A DNA stretch of 64,000 bases from Candidatus Tayloriibacteriota bacterium (GCA_943350765.1 CALRAJ010000003.1:1456-65455); one strand, 5' to 3'. Numbered from the stretch's first letter, positions 1 to 9,083 are shown. A program made the numbers and translations. The notes: generated by a model from the letters alone, not told the origin.

Positions 1-40
1 TTAAAATATGTTTGCAAAATGTAGTTAGGGGATAACTTTC

Positions 41-68
41 TTGACAAGGGTTGATATCGTTGTATTCT
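41..68 (+). promoter_or_regulatory. candidate sigma70-type promoter TTGACA-16nt-TATTCT
   Basis: TTGACA at 41-46, 16-nt spacer, TATTCT at 63-68, about 100 nt upstream of ORF 172. Confidence 0.25.
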
Positions 69-171
69 ATGTATAGAGTTGTAAAAGAGCTTGGCAGTGC
101 GATGCATTGCCGTAAAGGTTTACACCGACTCTTGTAGTGGTTAGTGGTTTGGAAGTGGAGAAAGTTGCTCT

Positions 172-585
172 ATGAAAAAACTGTGTGAGGAGTTCTTGAG
201 AGGTTTCAAAGACCTACTTGGTTCAAGTCAGGCTGTTAAAATCCGTGATTATTTTGGGTGGACTACGGCATGTTCGTTCCCAGTCATTTGGATTATGTCT
301 GAGCTAGTGGGTTTTTTTGTCCGACCTCTACGCGGAAGTGAGACAACAGCACTGCTGATCTATGTGTATGTGGTCTCGTCACTGCTTGCTTTTGTCGGGA
401 TCATTTTATTGCCAATCGGACTGACATTGCAGAAAATGATCAAGGTACGAGCCAGCCGACTTAAAAGGAGGGTGGTTCATCCGAGACCCGAAGAGGTTGA
501 ACAAAGGATTTTTGAAGAACCTTTTGTGGTATACCCTTCTCCAAAAAGACCAGTAAGAGGTCGTCCTTTCCTAGGACTGCCCTGA
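172..585 (+). CDS. hypothetical small membrane protein
   Basis: 137-aa ORF with hydrophobic segments; no recognisable motif. Confidence 0.3.
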   Translation: MKKLCEEFLRGFKDLLGSSQAVKIRDYFGWTTACSFPVIWIMSELVGFFVRPLRGSETTALLIYVYVVSSLLAFVGIILLPIGLTLQKMIKVRASRLKRRVVHPRPEEVEQRIFEEPFVVYPSPKRPVRGRPFLGLP

Positions 586-677
586 CTGGTAATGCAACAC
601 AATGACCTATTGGTCGGTCATTGTGTTTTTTATTTGGATAAGGTATTTAGTATCAATAAAAATGCTACAATGTCTGT

Positions 678-3146
678 ATGAAAAAAGTTGAGAAAAAAGA
701 ACCGATAGTTGAAAAAGCAAAACGACTGGTGCTTCTAGATGCACACGCCATACTTCATCGTGCCTACCACGCCATACCTGACTTTTTCTCAAGTAAAGGT
801 GAGCCTACGGGAGCACTTTTTGGACTTTCTTCTATGCTTATAAAAATCATTGGTGATTTGAAACCAGACTATCTCGCGGCGGCGTACGACCTCCCAAAGC
901 CTACTTATCGCCACGAAGCTTTCAAAGACTACAAAGCTGGTCGGGCAAAAGCCGACCATGAGCTGGTCGCACAAATGAAGCGTTCGAGGGAGGTGTTTGA
1001 AGCCCTAGGTATTCCTATGTATGACTTGGCTGGATTTGAGGCAGACGACATGCTTGGGACCATAGTCCAACAAGTCCAAAGTCAAAAGTACAAAGTCGGC
1101 AATAGAGAAATTGATATTGTGATTGCCTCAGGCGACATGGATACGCTTCAGCTCGTGTCAGATAAAAAGGTTCAGGTGTATACCCTTAAAAAGGGAATCA
1201 AGGAAACGATTTTGTATGATGAGGCTGGTGTGTGTGAGCGATTTAAATTTGGTCCAGAACTTTTGCCAGATTACAAAGGTCTGCGAGGTGATCCATCAGA
1301 TAATATTCCGGGTATAAAAGGTATTGGTGAAGTGACTGCAACCATACTCATTACTACATTCGGCTCAATCGAGCAGATATATAAAAAGCTGGCAAAAGAT
1401 AGACAGGCATTTGTCGATGCTGGTCTCAGTGAGAGGATTATCGGACTACTCGAGGCGGGCAAGGAGGAAGCGGAGTTTAGTAAAATGCTCGGCACAATAC
1501 GCCGTGATGCACCGATTACATATATAGTGCCAGAAAAATCTTGGAGCGAAACGGTGGATATAAAAAAAGCGGAGAAACTTTTTAATGAGCTGGAGTTTCG
1601 GACACTATCTGCCCGACTCCATGCAGTTTTGGGAAAGAATCCGCCAGCGACCACTGCCCCAATCCTACCGACCGAAGATTTTCCACCAGCAGACTTCAAA
1701 CGCCTCGCTGTGGCTCTCTGGGTACTGGATTCCAACAAAACCAATCCTACCAGAGAGGACATTTTGGCATACGCGAATACAGAAACCCTAGCCGAGGCAT
1801 CAAAAATCATTTTTAATCGTCTCGAAAAAGAAGCTGGCTCAAAAAAGGTGTATGAGGAGATAGAGCTACCACTTATTCCTATTATTGAAAAAATGGAGCG
1901 CGTAGGAGTACGGGTCAGCACAGAGTATCTCAAAAAATTATCAACAGACTATCACGCTCAGCTAGCGGGGATTGAAAAAGAGATTATTTCTCTCGCTCTA
2001 CCCTTTACGCAAGGGTCTGGTATGGAAAATTTTAATATCGCTTCACCAAAACAACTCGGTGAAATCCTTTTTGTGAAAATGGGTTTAGCTGGAAAGCGTC
2101 AGAAAAAGACCTCGACTGGTAATTTCTCCACCAAAGAGTCCGAGCTCGAGAAGATTAAATTTGACCACCCGATTATTCCACTCATCCTCAAACACCGTGA
2201 GTTTTCAAAGCTCCTCGGTACTTACATCGATACCCTCCCAGAGCTTATTCGTGATGACGGTCGTATCCACGCACAATTTATTCCTGCTGGTAGTACCACG
2301 GGTCGCATGGCTTCTCAAAATCCAAACCTACAAAACATTCCAAACAAAGGCGAGCTGGGTCGAGCCATTCGACATGCTTTTGTAGCAGAAAATGGTTTCA
2401 AAATTGTAGCTTTTGACTACTCTCAAATAGAGCTTCGTATCGCAGCCTTTCTTTCAAAAGATGAAAAGATGTTGGCAATTTTTAGAGATGGGGAGGATAT
2501 ACATACCGCGGTGGCATCTGAGGTGTTTGGTGTAGACAAGGCATCGGTGACCAAGGATATGCGTAGGCAGGCAAAGGTGATCAACTTCGGTATTATGTAC
2601 GGTATGGGTGTGACTGCGTTACAGACCAACCTCGCTCCCGAAAGCACAGATGGGGTCGCGCCAACACCCATTAGTCGAGCTGAGGCACAGAAGTTTTACG
2701 ATAATTACTTCGCTAACTTTTCTGGTCTGGCTACCTATCTCAACGAAGTAAAGGCAAGTGCGTATCGGACTGGCTTTACCGAAACCTTTTTTGGTAGACG
2801 CAGATATTTTGAAGGAATAAAATCAAAGTTGCCATTTATTCGTGCTTCGGCTGAACGCATGGCGATCAATGCACCGATACAAGGGACTGAGGCGGATATT
2901 GTAAAGCTGGCGATGATTCAGATTGAGAATTATTTAAAAAAAGAGGGGATAGAGGATTCTGTCCGAGTGCTTTTGCAAGTGCATGATGAGCTTGTGTATG
3001 AAGTACGAAAAGATTTGATAGAAAAAGTAGTGCCTGCTGTAAAAAAGATTATGGAGCAAATTATCGATCCAAAAGATATTCACGGCGTGGTGTGTACGGC
3101 TGAGGCGAGTGTGGGGGAGAACTGGGGGGACATGAGGAAAATATAA
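678..3146 (+). CDS. polA: DNA polymerase I (5'-3' exonuclease plus polymerase domains)
   Basis: N-terminal VLLDAHAILHRAYHA 5'-3' exo signature; pol motif A DYSQIELRI, motif B RRQAKVINFGIMYGMG, motif C VHDELVYE; TGcTACAAT -10 element 6 nt before the ATG. Confidence 0.9.
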   Translation: MKKVEKKEPIVEKAKRLVLLDAHAILHRAYHAIPDFFSSKGEPTGALFGLSSMLIKIIGDLKPDYLAAAYDLPKPTYRHEAFKDYKAGRAKADHELVAQMKRSREVFEALGIPMYDLAGFEADDMLGTIVQQVQSQKYKVGNREIDIVIASGDMDTLQLVSDKKVQVYTLKKGIKETILYDEAGVCERFKFGPELLPDYKGLRGDPSDNIPGIKGIGEVTATILITTFGSIEQIYKKLAKDRQAFVDAGLSERIIGLLEAGKEEAEFSKMLGTIRRDAPITYIVPEKSWSETVDIKKAEKLFNELEFRTLSARLHAVLGKNPPATTAPILPTEDFPPADFKRLAVALWVLDSNKTNPTREDILAYANTETLAEASKIIFNRLEKEAGSKKVYEEIELPLIPIIEKMERVGVRVSTEYLKKLSTDYHAQLAGIEKEIISLALPFTQGSGMENFNIASPKQLGEILFVKMGLAGKRQKKTSTGNFSTKESELEKIKFDHPIIPLILKHREFSKLLGTYIDTLPELIRDDGRIHAQFIPAGSTTGRMASQNPNLQNIPNKGELGRAIRHAFVAENGFKIVAFDYSQIELRIAAFLSKDEKMLAIFRDGEDIHTAVASEVFGVDKASVTKDMRRQAKVINFGIMYGMGVTALQTNLAPESTDGVAPTPISRAEAQKFYDNYFANFSGLATYLNEVKASAYRTGFTETFFGRRRYFEGIKSKLPFIRASAERMAINAPIQGTEADIVKLAMIQIENYLKKEGIEDSVRVLLQVHDELVYEVRKDLIEKVVPAVKKIMEQIIDPKDIHGVVCTAEASVGENWGDMRKI

Positions 3147-3157
3147 AGCGAAAGAAC

Positions 3158-3330
3158 TATTCTCCCTTAGTAAAGGCCATCTACAGGTGGTCTATCGGTT
3201 AGGGATAGACATCTGTGGACGATCGATCAACAAACGATCGACTCTGCACCGACAGTACTCTGGCGCGGAGGGATTTGAAACTTAAATCCCTCGGCCTGGA
3301 GCCTGCTCCCTTTACAAAGGGAGAATAATC
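3158..3330. mobile_element. MITE-like element family A, copy 1 (TIR TTATTCTCCCTTT..AAGGGAGAATAA)
   Basis: about 170 bp bounded by inverted ATTCTCCCTT / AAGGGAGAAT ends; internal sequence near-identical, inverted, to 4975-5118. Confidence 0.55.
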
Positions 3331-3341
3331 CACGGTTTTAA

Positions 3342-3395
3342 GCCACACTAAACGCCTAAACACAGTGTTTAGGCGTTTAGTGTGGCTCTATAGAG
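3342..3395. repeat. bipartite palindromic intergenic element (GCCACACTAAACGCCTAAAC..GTTTAGGCGTTTAGTGTGGC plus GGCTCTATAGAGCC)
   Basis: perfect long palindrome followed by a second short palindrome; same architecture at 7119-7210, 13658-13710, 28445-28495, 47506-47533, 52460-52489, 62977-63029. Confidence 0.5.
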
Positions 3396-3538
3396 CCGTT
3401 TCAAAAATAGTGTTTTTCTCGCTACGGTAAGCCTTTGTGTAAGGTTTAAGTGCCATGTTTGTCGGGCTAGGGTTGCTTTTTATCATTTGGTGTGGTAGCT
3501 TTTTAGTGGGTAAACCTTAACAAAGGAAGGATTGAAGT

Positions 3539-3912
3539 ATGAGCTTAGGTACATTTGAAGAATTGGAGAAGGTCGCATTCAGCGGAGAATTTGTTGCTGA
3601 GATTGCACGGAGACTGGGTATTGCTTTTACAAAGCCCCCCCAGTTATTCCTGGTTTTGAACACATGGAGCGTCGGTTTGTGATTGTTTGCAGTGAATATG
3701 TGGCGTGGCAGGATTTGTTGGAGGCTGTAGCTGGATATGCGGCAGATCATGGTCTGCACATCCATATGCAAAATTCAGCATCGAGCATTTGGATTTCGTG
3801 TACACTGGGTGGAAAAGGTGTCCCCATGATCCAAGTCACCATCTCAAATTTTAGTCATTCGTGTGGTGGCAGGATATTGATCACATGCTCAACCCTGACT
3901 CTAGATTGGTAG
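3539..3912 (+). pseudogene. disrupted ORF (two out-of-frame pieces) containing a C7 homopolymer
   Basis: ATG 3539 ORF stops after about 47 codons; a second frame continues 3664-3912; C7 tract at 3635-3641; no recognisable domain. Confidence 0.2.
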
Positions 3913-3950
3913 TTCCTATTTTTGGCCAGTCGTTCATTCGCCTGGTTTTT

Positions 3951-4133
3951 TTATTGCAATTGTGGAGAATACCCCGACGGCTTGCCGCGGGGATGAATCC
4001 GCAAGAATGAAGATGAGGTCGGCGGAGCCGACACATATGCAACAAAGTTTACCCTGATGTCTCGCCTAATACCCCGCCGAGGTACTCCGAGGGAATAGCT
4101 TGCTACGGGGATAGGACGAGACTAAACTTTATT
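3951..4133 (-). repeat. 183-bp GC-rich structured repeat, copy 1 (inverted relative to 47613-47785)
   Basis: reverse complement is about 96% identical (about 8 mismatches) to 47613-47785; contains hairpins CCCCGACGGCTTGCCGCGGGG and GTCGGCGGAGCCGAC. Confidence 0.7.
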
Positions 4134-4250
4134 TTCCCTAAAACATTTTGAGTACAAAATGTTCGGGCTAGCCCGGGAGTACCCATCGCCCTAGGGCGGT
4201 CAAATTTTATTGAATTTGGTTTAGCCTCTAAAATCATCTATACTTAGACC

Positions 4251-4910
4251 ATGATCTACCTCATGTACGGCACAGACACCGACTCTGCTTTAAAAAAGGC
4301 ACAAGCGACAATTGCGTCTTTGCAAAAAAAGAAGCCAGATGCTTCATTTATTAAAGTGGAAAATAATGGACAGGAGAGCTTGTCTCTCGATGAATACATA
4401 GGTGGACAGGGTTTGTTTGAAAACAAACAACTGATATTTTTTGACCGAGTGTTGGAGAATAAAAAGGTGGCGGAGGATATACTCGACCGACTGGCGGACA
4501 TGCAAAAAACAGAAAATGTTTTTATTTTCCTTGAGGGTGCTCTGACCAAAGCTATATTAGGAAGATTTGAAAAAAGGGCGGAGAAAATAACTGAATATGC
4601 GAAGGCAAAGTCTGAAACAAAAGCTGATAAGTTTGATATGTTTTCTCTGACTAACGCACTAGGGGCGGGGGACAAGAAACAGCTCTGGATGCTCTATCTA
4701 CAAGCACAGGAGACTGGCTCGGTGCCTGAGCAAATTCACGGCCTGCTCTTTTGGAAAGTAAAAGATATGCTGGTAAAGAGAAACACTCGGGCGTATGATG
4801 AGCCAGCTCTCAAAACTATGTCATCTGAGCTCGTCTCGATGTACCACGATGCCCATCGAGGTCTCTGCGATTTCTCCATAGCACTAGAGGCATGGATATT
4901 GAAAAGATAG
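4251..4910 (+). CDS. holA: DNA polymerase III delta subunit-like (short HolA)
   Basis: 219 aa; N-terminal MIYLMYG..LFENKQLIFF pattern typical of delta subunit; weak assignment; TATACT -10 element 6 nt before the ATG. Confidence 0.5.
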   Translation: MIYLMYGTDTDSALKKAQATIASLQKKKPDASFIKVENNGQESLSLDEYIGGQGLFENKQLIFFDRVLENKKVAEDILDRLADMQKTENVFIFLEGALTKAILGRFEKRAEKITEYAKAKSETKADKFDMFSLTNALGAGDKKQLWMLYLQAQETGSVPEQIHGLLFWKVKDMLVKRNTRAYDEPALKTMSSELVSMYHDAHRGLCDFSIALEAWILKR

Positions 4911-4974
4911 TTTGAGACGGCTTGGACTAGCGGAAACCCATTTTTTCTGATATATTCTCTTTTGCTTCCTGTAT

Positions 4975-5118
4975 TTATTCTCCCTTTGAAAAGGGAGCAG
5001 ACCAGCAGGTCGAGGGATTTGAAATCTAGAAATCCATCCACGCCAGATTACTGTCGGTGAGTCGATCGTTTGTGATAGACACCTGTAGACGGTCCCTTTA
5101 GGAAAGGGAGAATAAATC
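4975..5118. mobile_element. MITE-like element family A, copy 2
   Basis: TTATTCTCCCTTTGAAAAGGGAG .. CCCTTTAGGAAAGGGAGAATAAATC inverted ends; interior is the reverse complement of the copy-1 interior. Confidence 0.55.
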
Positions 5119-5127
5119 AAAATGTAC

Positions 5128-5196
5128 GCGGCTATAGCCCCGACGCGCAAAGCGGTCGGGATCCCGACCAAAGCGTCGGGGCTCAGTCGGCAAGAA
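5128..5196 (+). repeat. partial duplicate of the tRNA-Lys 5' half with a 43-nt hairpin insertion
   Basis: GCGGCTATAGC + CCCGACGCGCAAAGCGGTCGGGATCCCGACCAAAGCGTCGGGG + CTCAGTCGG matches the tRNA-Lys 5' end GCGGCTATAGCTCAGTCGG. Confidence 0.5.
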
Positions 5197-5217
5197 TTTT
5201 GATACAATTAAATATAT

Positions 5218-5293
5218 GCGGCTATAGCTCAGTCGGTAGAGCACCTGCCTTTTAAGCAGAGGGTCGTTGGTTCGATTCCAACTAGCCGCACCA
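5218..5293 (+). tRNA. tRNA-Lys (anticodon TTT), CCA encoded
   Basis: cloverleaf: acceptor GCGGCTA/TAGCCGC, D-arm AGCTCAGTCGGTAGAGC, anticodon loop CTTTTAA, T-arm GTTGGTTCGATTCCAAC. Confidence 0.9.
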
Positions 5294-5499
5294 ATTTAAA
5301 AATCTCCCAAATTCATTTGGGAGATTTTTAAATTGGTGCGGCTAGAGCAAGCCGACTGCTCGGCTTGCGTTTGGAATCGAACAGCGGAGCCATGTTTTTC
5401 TACCAAGAAAAACGGGCGAGCTGGTGCCCAGACTTTTCCGAGCGACGGCGAGGAAAAAGTCGCGGGCGATAAATGTACCCATGGTCCAACTAGCCGCAA
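5294..5499 (+). repeat. tRNA-linked composite element, type II core (follows tRNA-Lys)
   Basis: 42-nt palindromic hairpin; inverted copy TGGTGCGGCTAG-[CUGC-loop hairpin]-TTGGAATCGAAC of the tRNA-Lys 3' end; core ..GGTGCCCAGAC-hairpin-AGTCGCGGGCGATAAATGTACCCATGGTC; direct copy CCAACTAGCCGCA. Confidence 0.6.
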
Positions 5500-6206
5500 T
5501 CACGCATAGGATCAATTGTTTTTAAAGGTCATTAGTAATTTTATTAATAATCAAGGTCGTCTTTCGCTTTTTGATCTCGTTTGTAAAATTTTATCGAAAT
5601 ATTTAGAATAGAACCCCGTATATCTTCTAGTTTACTGTTTATCGCTATAAGTAAGCAGATTGTTAATAGTGCAAATATGGTGAGTAGTGTATTCATTTTT
5701 TTGTATAGTAACATACTACTATAGAATGAGTTTAGGGTTATCCACAGGTACTATATTCATTAAGTGCTACAATTAGTATATAAGGTCATCAAATTTCATA
5801 TACCATCCAGATGGTAATTGTTTCCGACCAAAGGCGGGTCTAGCCCCTGAAATTAAGGAGCGAATTGCTCAAAACCCTTGCAAGGCTGAGAAACTGGATA
5901 GTACATGAAATTTGAGGATCTTTTTCTTGTGTTTACTTATTGTACTCTACCATGTATGGCTTTATGACTAAAGAAAAAAGTGGATAAGTATTGTATTCGA
6001 GATTGAAAAAGGGAGATTGTAAACTAAGGTATATAAAGCTAACGAAAGAGATACTCTACAATTTTAGTACCAACTGGTGCTAAAATTGACACAGTAATCA
6101 TTATGGAAATCAATGAGAACCACGATACTTTCTCTGCAACCTCTTTTTCTAGTTTTTTAATTCTTATTTCAAGGTCTTCGTAATCCATTTTATTTTTTAT
6201 AAGTTT

Positions 6207-6596
6207 TTACAACGGTAAATCAAACGCCCACGCACCTGCACCAGTAAAGAGTAGCGACAGTGCAATCACAAACAGGATCAAGTAATAATTGACACCAGCC
6301 GTGAGGAACGACCTACTCCTAATCTTCTGTACTAGTCTAAACCCGAGAATGAGCATGGCTAAAATAGAAGCAATCTGTGTGTATAGCCCGATGACAAACA
6401 AAATACCCACGAGTATTTTCACTATTGCCAGAGGTTTCTCTGTTTTCGACTTTGCCAAGCGCTCATAGCCAAAATAAATAAAGATAGTGCCGAGTAGTAA
6501 TCGGAGCAAAAAAGGTGAGAGTAAAGAAAGATACAACAGCTCTGGAAATGGATTTAACATACTAAATAGTATATCATCACCTCCATGGATACACAA
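6207..6596 (-). CDS. DoxX-like small membrane protein
   Basis: 129 aa, 4 predicted TM segments, LLRLLLG..FIYFGYEKL pattern resembles the DoxX family. Confidence 0.4.
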   Translation of the reverse strand: MCIHGGDDILFSMLNPFPELLYLSLLSPFLLRLLLGTIFIYFGYERLAKSKTEKPLAIVKILVGILFVIGLYTQIASILAMLILGFRLVQKIRSRSFLTAGVNYYLILFVIALSLLFTGAGAWAFDLPL

Positions 6597-7085
6597 AATG
6601 GCCTAAAACACGCAGAAAAAACAGCTTACATCATCCTTCATAATATCCGTAGTGTCTACAATGTCGGCTCGGCGTTCCGCACTGCCGATGCTCTCGGTAT
6701 CGACAAGATTTTCCTCACTGGCTACACACCAACACCGCTCGACCGTTTCAAGCAACTTAGAAAAGATTTGGCAAAAGTGGCACTCGGCGCCGAAAAAACC
6801 TTGGCTTGGGAATATGTCAAAAATCCAGCCGTACTCGTAGATCGCCTTAGGGGTGAGGGTGTGCAATGTGTTGCTGTCGAGCAGTTTGAAAAGTCGGTAG
6901 ACTACAAAATGGTGAAAATAGAGTATCCAACAGCGTTTCTTTTTGGTAATGAAGTGTCCGGTGTTTCAAAAAGTTTGCTTTCAAAAATGGATGTGATTGC
7001 TGAGATACCTATGGGAGGTAAAAAAGAGTCTCTTAATGTATCGGTGTCTTTGGGTGTAGCACTCTTTAGGATGCTGGGGAAGTGA
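6585..7085 (+). CDS. SpoU/TrmH-family RNA 2'-O-methyltransferase
   Basis: SPOUT motifs NVGSAFRTADALG, GNEVSGVS, IPMGGKKESLNVSVSLGVALF. Confidence 0.8.
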   Translation: MDTQNGLKHAEKTAYIILHNIRSVYNVGSAFRTADALGIDKIFLTGYTPTPLDRFKQLRKDLAKVALGAEKTLAWEYVKNPAVLVDRLRGEGVQCVAVEQFEKSVDYKMVKIEYPTAFLFGNEVSGVSKSLLSKMDVIAEIPMGGKKESLNVSVSLGVALFRMLGK

Positions 7086-7118
7086 CTCTTTGCAAGTCCT
7101 TGCGAAGAAAAAAGCTTC

Positions 7119-7210
7119 AACGGCTCAGTGGTTTTACGGCTGAGCCGTTCCAGCTAAAATATGGCTCTAGATATAGGTTTAAACGGCTAAACACTAGTGT
7201 TTAGCCGTTT
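7119..7210. repeat. two adjacent palindromic elements (AACGGCTCAGTGG..CTGAGCCGTT and AAACGGCTAAACACTAGTGTTTAGCCGTTT)
   Basis: perfect inverted repeats directly after the trmH-family gene; members of the bipartite palindrome family. Confidence 0.5.
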
Positions 7211-7264
7211 AGGTATTAGCGAAAACAGGCGATTTTGGGTATAAACCTCATGATCGTTTACTCT

Positions 7265-7441
7265 CTATTTTGTCTGCACAAAAGCGGGTTCTACGAAAGG
7301 CTTTTTTTGGTCTTTTGATCTCTCGGGAGCACCAGATAGGAACCATGCGAGACCGAGAATAATCAAAAATCCCACAAGCCATTTGAGGTCATCTACGGGG
7401 TCTGCTTTTGGTCCTGGTTTTGGTTTTTTGTCGTCTGCCAT
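7265..7441 (-). CDS. small membrane protein (58 aa, MADDKKPKPGPK..)
   Basis: ATG-initiated ORF with a lysine-rich N-terminus and one TM helix; below the size cutoff of the ORF track. Confidence 0.3.
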   Translation of the reverse strand: MADDKKPKPGPKADPVDDLKWLVGFLIILGLAWFLSGAPERSKDQKKPFVEPAFVQTK

Positions 7442-7497
7442 GGAATAGAATAGTTAAAAGTACGAAGTCGTAAGTCAAAATTTCTAATTCGTTTAAA

Positions 7498-8430
7498 TTA
7501 AGTATAACACTGTTGGTGTGTATCGCAAAAGTGTGCGCTTCGACCGCCTATTTTGAGTTTGGTGATTTTGCCCAGACATTTTTTCTTGGCACAGCTTTCA
7601 TGGGTTTTTTGGTAAGCTTGATGATGATGCTGGAAACTACCCTTGGTGCCGAGTGGGGTGCGGTAGTCAGAGGTGGAATCACCACCAAAATCAATACCCT
7701 TTTTGAGGAGGAGCTTGGTCGAAGCGAACATTTTTTGCAATTGCTTATCGGGAATCCTTGATACTATCGACAGTGGATGAATATCAGAATCCCAGAGGAT
7801 TTCGTCTGAGTAAATATTACCTATACCTGAGATGACCATCGGCTCGATCAAAACCTGCTTGATTTTACCTTTGGGTCTGGTCATCAGGCGTATTTTAAAT
7901 TTATCAAAGTCGAAATCTTTTTCTAGCGGTTCCGGACCTATATCAGAAAGGTGGTGAGATTTTTGAGCGGTAGCGGTAGGAAGTAGGGTGATTTTGGCAA
8001 ATTTGCGGACATCGGAGAGGGCAAGGTGGCGACCGTTTTTAAACGAGATGATAAAATGAACAAATCGGCTGTACGGGTCTTTTAACTCCTCTGGCTCCAT
8101 TGCTTCCCAAACTGATTTCGACTCAGTACTTTTGACTTTTGACTTCAGGTATTTCCCGTACAGTAGTTGCCCCGTCATTTTCATGTGGACGAGGATCGTC
8201 TGGTCGTTGTCTAGGTTGATGAGTATATTTTTACCTCGCCTCGTGACATTTTTTATTTTTGCGTCGGTCACAGCAACTCGAAACTTTTGGAAAAACTTCG
8301 GGTCTTTAATAGTGTCTTTTCCTAGATGAGTCTTTCCACCATAGTCTGTCCAGACATCAGTAATCTGCTCGCCAGTGATCAGCTGGTCTAGCATCGTCGC
8401 TGTTGTGTGGACTTCGGGCAATTCGGGCAT
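7498..8430 (-). CDS. mutM: formamidopyrimidine-DNA glycosylase
   Basis: N-terminal MPELPEVHT (catalytic P2/E3); C-terminal CxxC..GGR..CxxC zinc finger. Confidence 0.85.
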   Translation of the reverse strand: MPELPEVHTTATMLDQLITGEQITDVWTDYGGKTHLGKDTIKDPKFFQKFRVAVTDAKIKNVTRRGKNILINLDNDQTILVHMKMTGQLLYGKYLKSKVKSTESKSVWEAMEPEELKDPYSRFVHFIISFKNGRHLALSDVRKFAKITLLPTATAQKSHHLSDIGPEPLEKDFDFDKFKIRLMTRPKGKIKQVLIEPMVISGIGNIYSDEILWDSDIHPLSIVSRIPDKQLQKMFASTKLLLKKGIDFGGDSTSDYRTPLGTKGSFQHHHQAYQKTHESCAKKKCLGKITKLKIGGRSAHFCDTHQQCYT

Positions 8431-8436
8431 GGATGT

Positions 8437-9003
8437 TTATTTTCCGAGCGATTTAAGAGCCGATTTTACACGGGCGCTAGTAGAGGTGATCTCTTTGGGT
8501 ACCTGCTTGAGTGCCTCGCGGGCTTCGTGAGGATTGTAGCCGAGGGATTTGAGGGCTTCGAGTGCATCTACCTCGTCCCTTAGGGTGATGTCAGTCTCGC
8601 CTTCATCGATAAACTTACCTCGAAGCTCGAGGACTATTTTGTCTGCTATTTTCCTACCGATACCTGAGACTTTGGTGAGGTGTGAAGTGTCGCCAGAGGA
8701 TACGGCTTTTCTGAGGGCGGGGAGGCTCGAGACATTGAGTACGCCGAGAGCGGTTTTCGGACCAATACCAGAAATAGATATGAGTAATTCAAAAAAGGAT
8801 AGCTCATCTTTGCCTTGGAAGCCGTAGAGTGTCATGGAGTCTTCGCGAACAGCTAGATGTGTCCAGAGCGAGATAGTTTTGTCTAAGGTAGAGCTTTCGA
8901 GTAGAGGGAGAGTGGTAAAGATTTTGTAGCCGACACCTTGGACATCGAGTACTAGGTACTTGTCGTCTTTGTGGATTACGGTACCCGTGAGGTAGGAGAT
9001 CAT
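8437..9003 (-). CDS. ruvA: Holliday junction DNA helicase RuvA
   Basis: MISYLTGTV..LVLDVQGVGYKI N-terminus; HhH and C-terminal domain III pattern. Confidence 0.9.
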   Translation of the reverse strand: MISYLTGTVIHKDDKYLVLDVQGVGYKIFTTLPLLESSTLDKTISLWTHLAVREDSMTLYGFQGKDELSFFELLISISGIGPKTALGVLNVSSLPALRKAVSSGDTSHLTKVSGIGRKIADKIVLELRGKFIDEGETDITLRDEVDALEALKSLGYNPHEAREALKQVPKEITSTSARVKSALKSLGK

Positions 9004-9083
9004 GCTGGGTACTATAGCATATTTTGGAGTTATATATAGAGCTGAGCTTGCCTAAATTTAAAATATGGTATAGTATTGTCCTC

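Noticed and set aside
4256-4675. 139-aa minus-strand ORF
   Set aside because: Fully antisense to the holA-like gene; serine-rich low-complexity translation.
5296-5499. ORFs inside tRNA-linked composite elements (5296-5499 minus, 18631-19018 minus, 59920-60414 minus, 9356-9753 various)
   Set aside because: They overlap tRNA genes and the structured repeat modules. Their translations are low-complexity and the same DNA is better explained by the conserved hairpin architecture.
5294-5499. tmRNA or RNase P RNA hidden in the tRNA-adjacent structured elements
   Set aside because: The elements are only 130-200 nt. They lack a tag-peptide ORF with a resume codon, and lack the RNase P universally conserved blocks (GGAAAGTCCGG, ACAGAACCCGGCTTA). 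Each copy's tRNA-like ends match its own neighbouring tRNA, not a single conserved gene.
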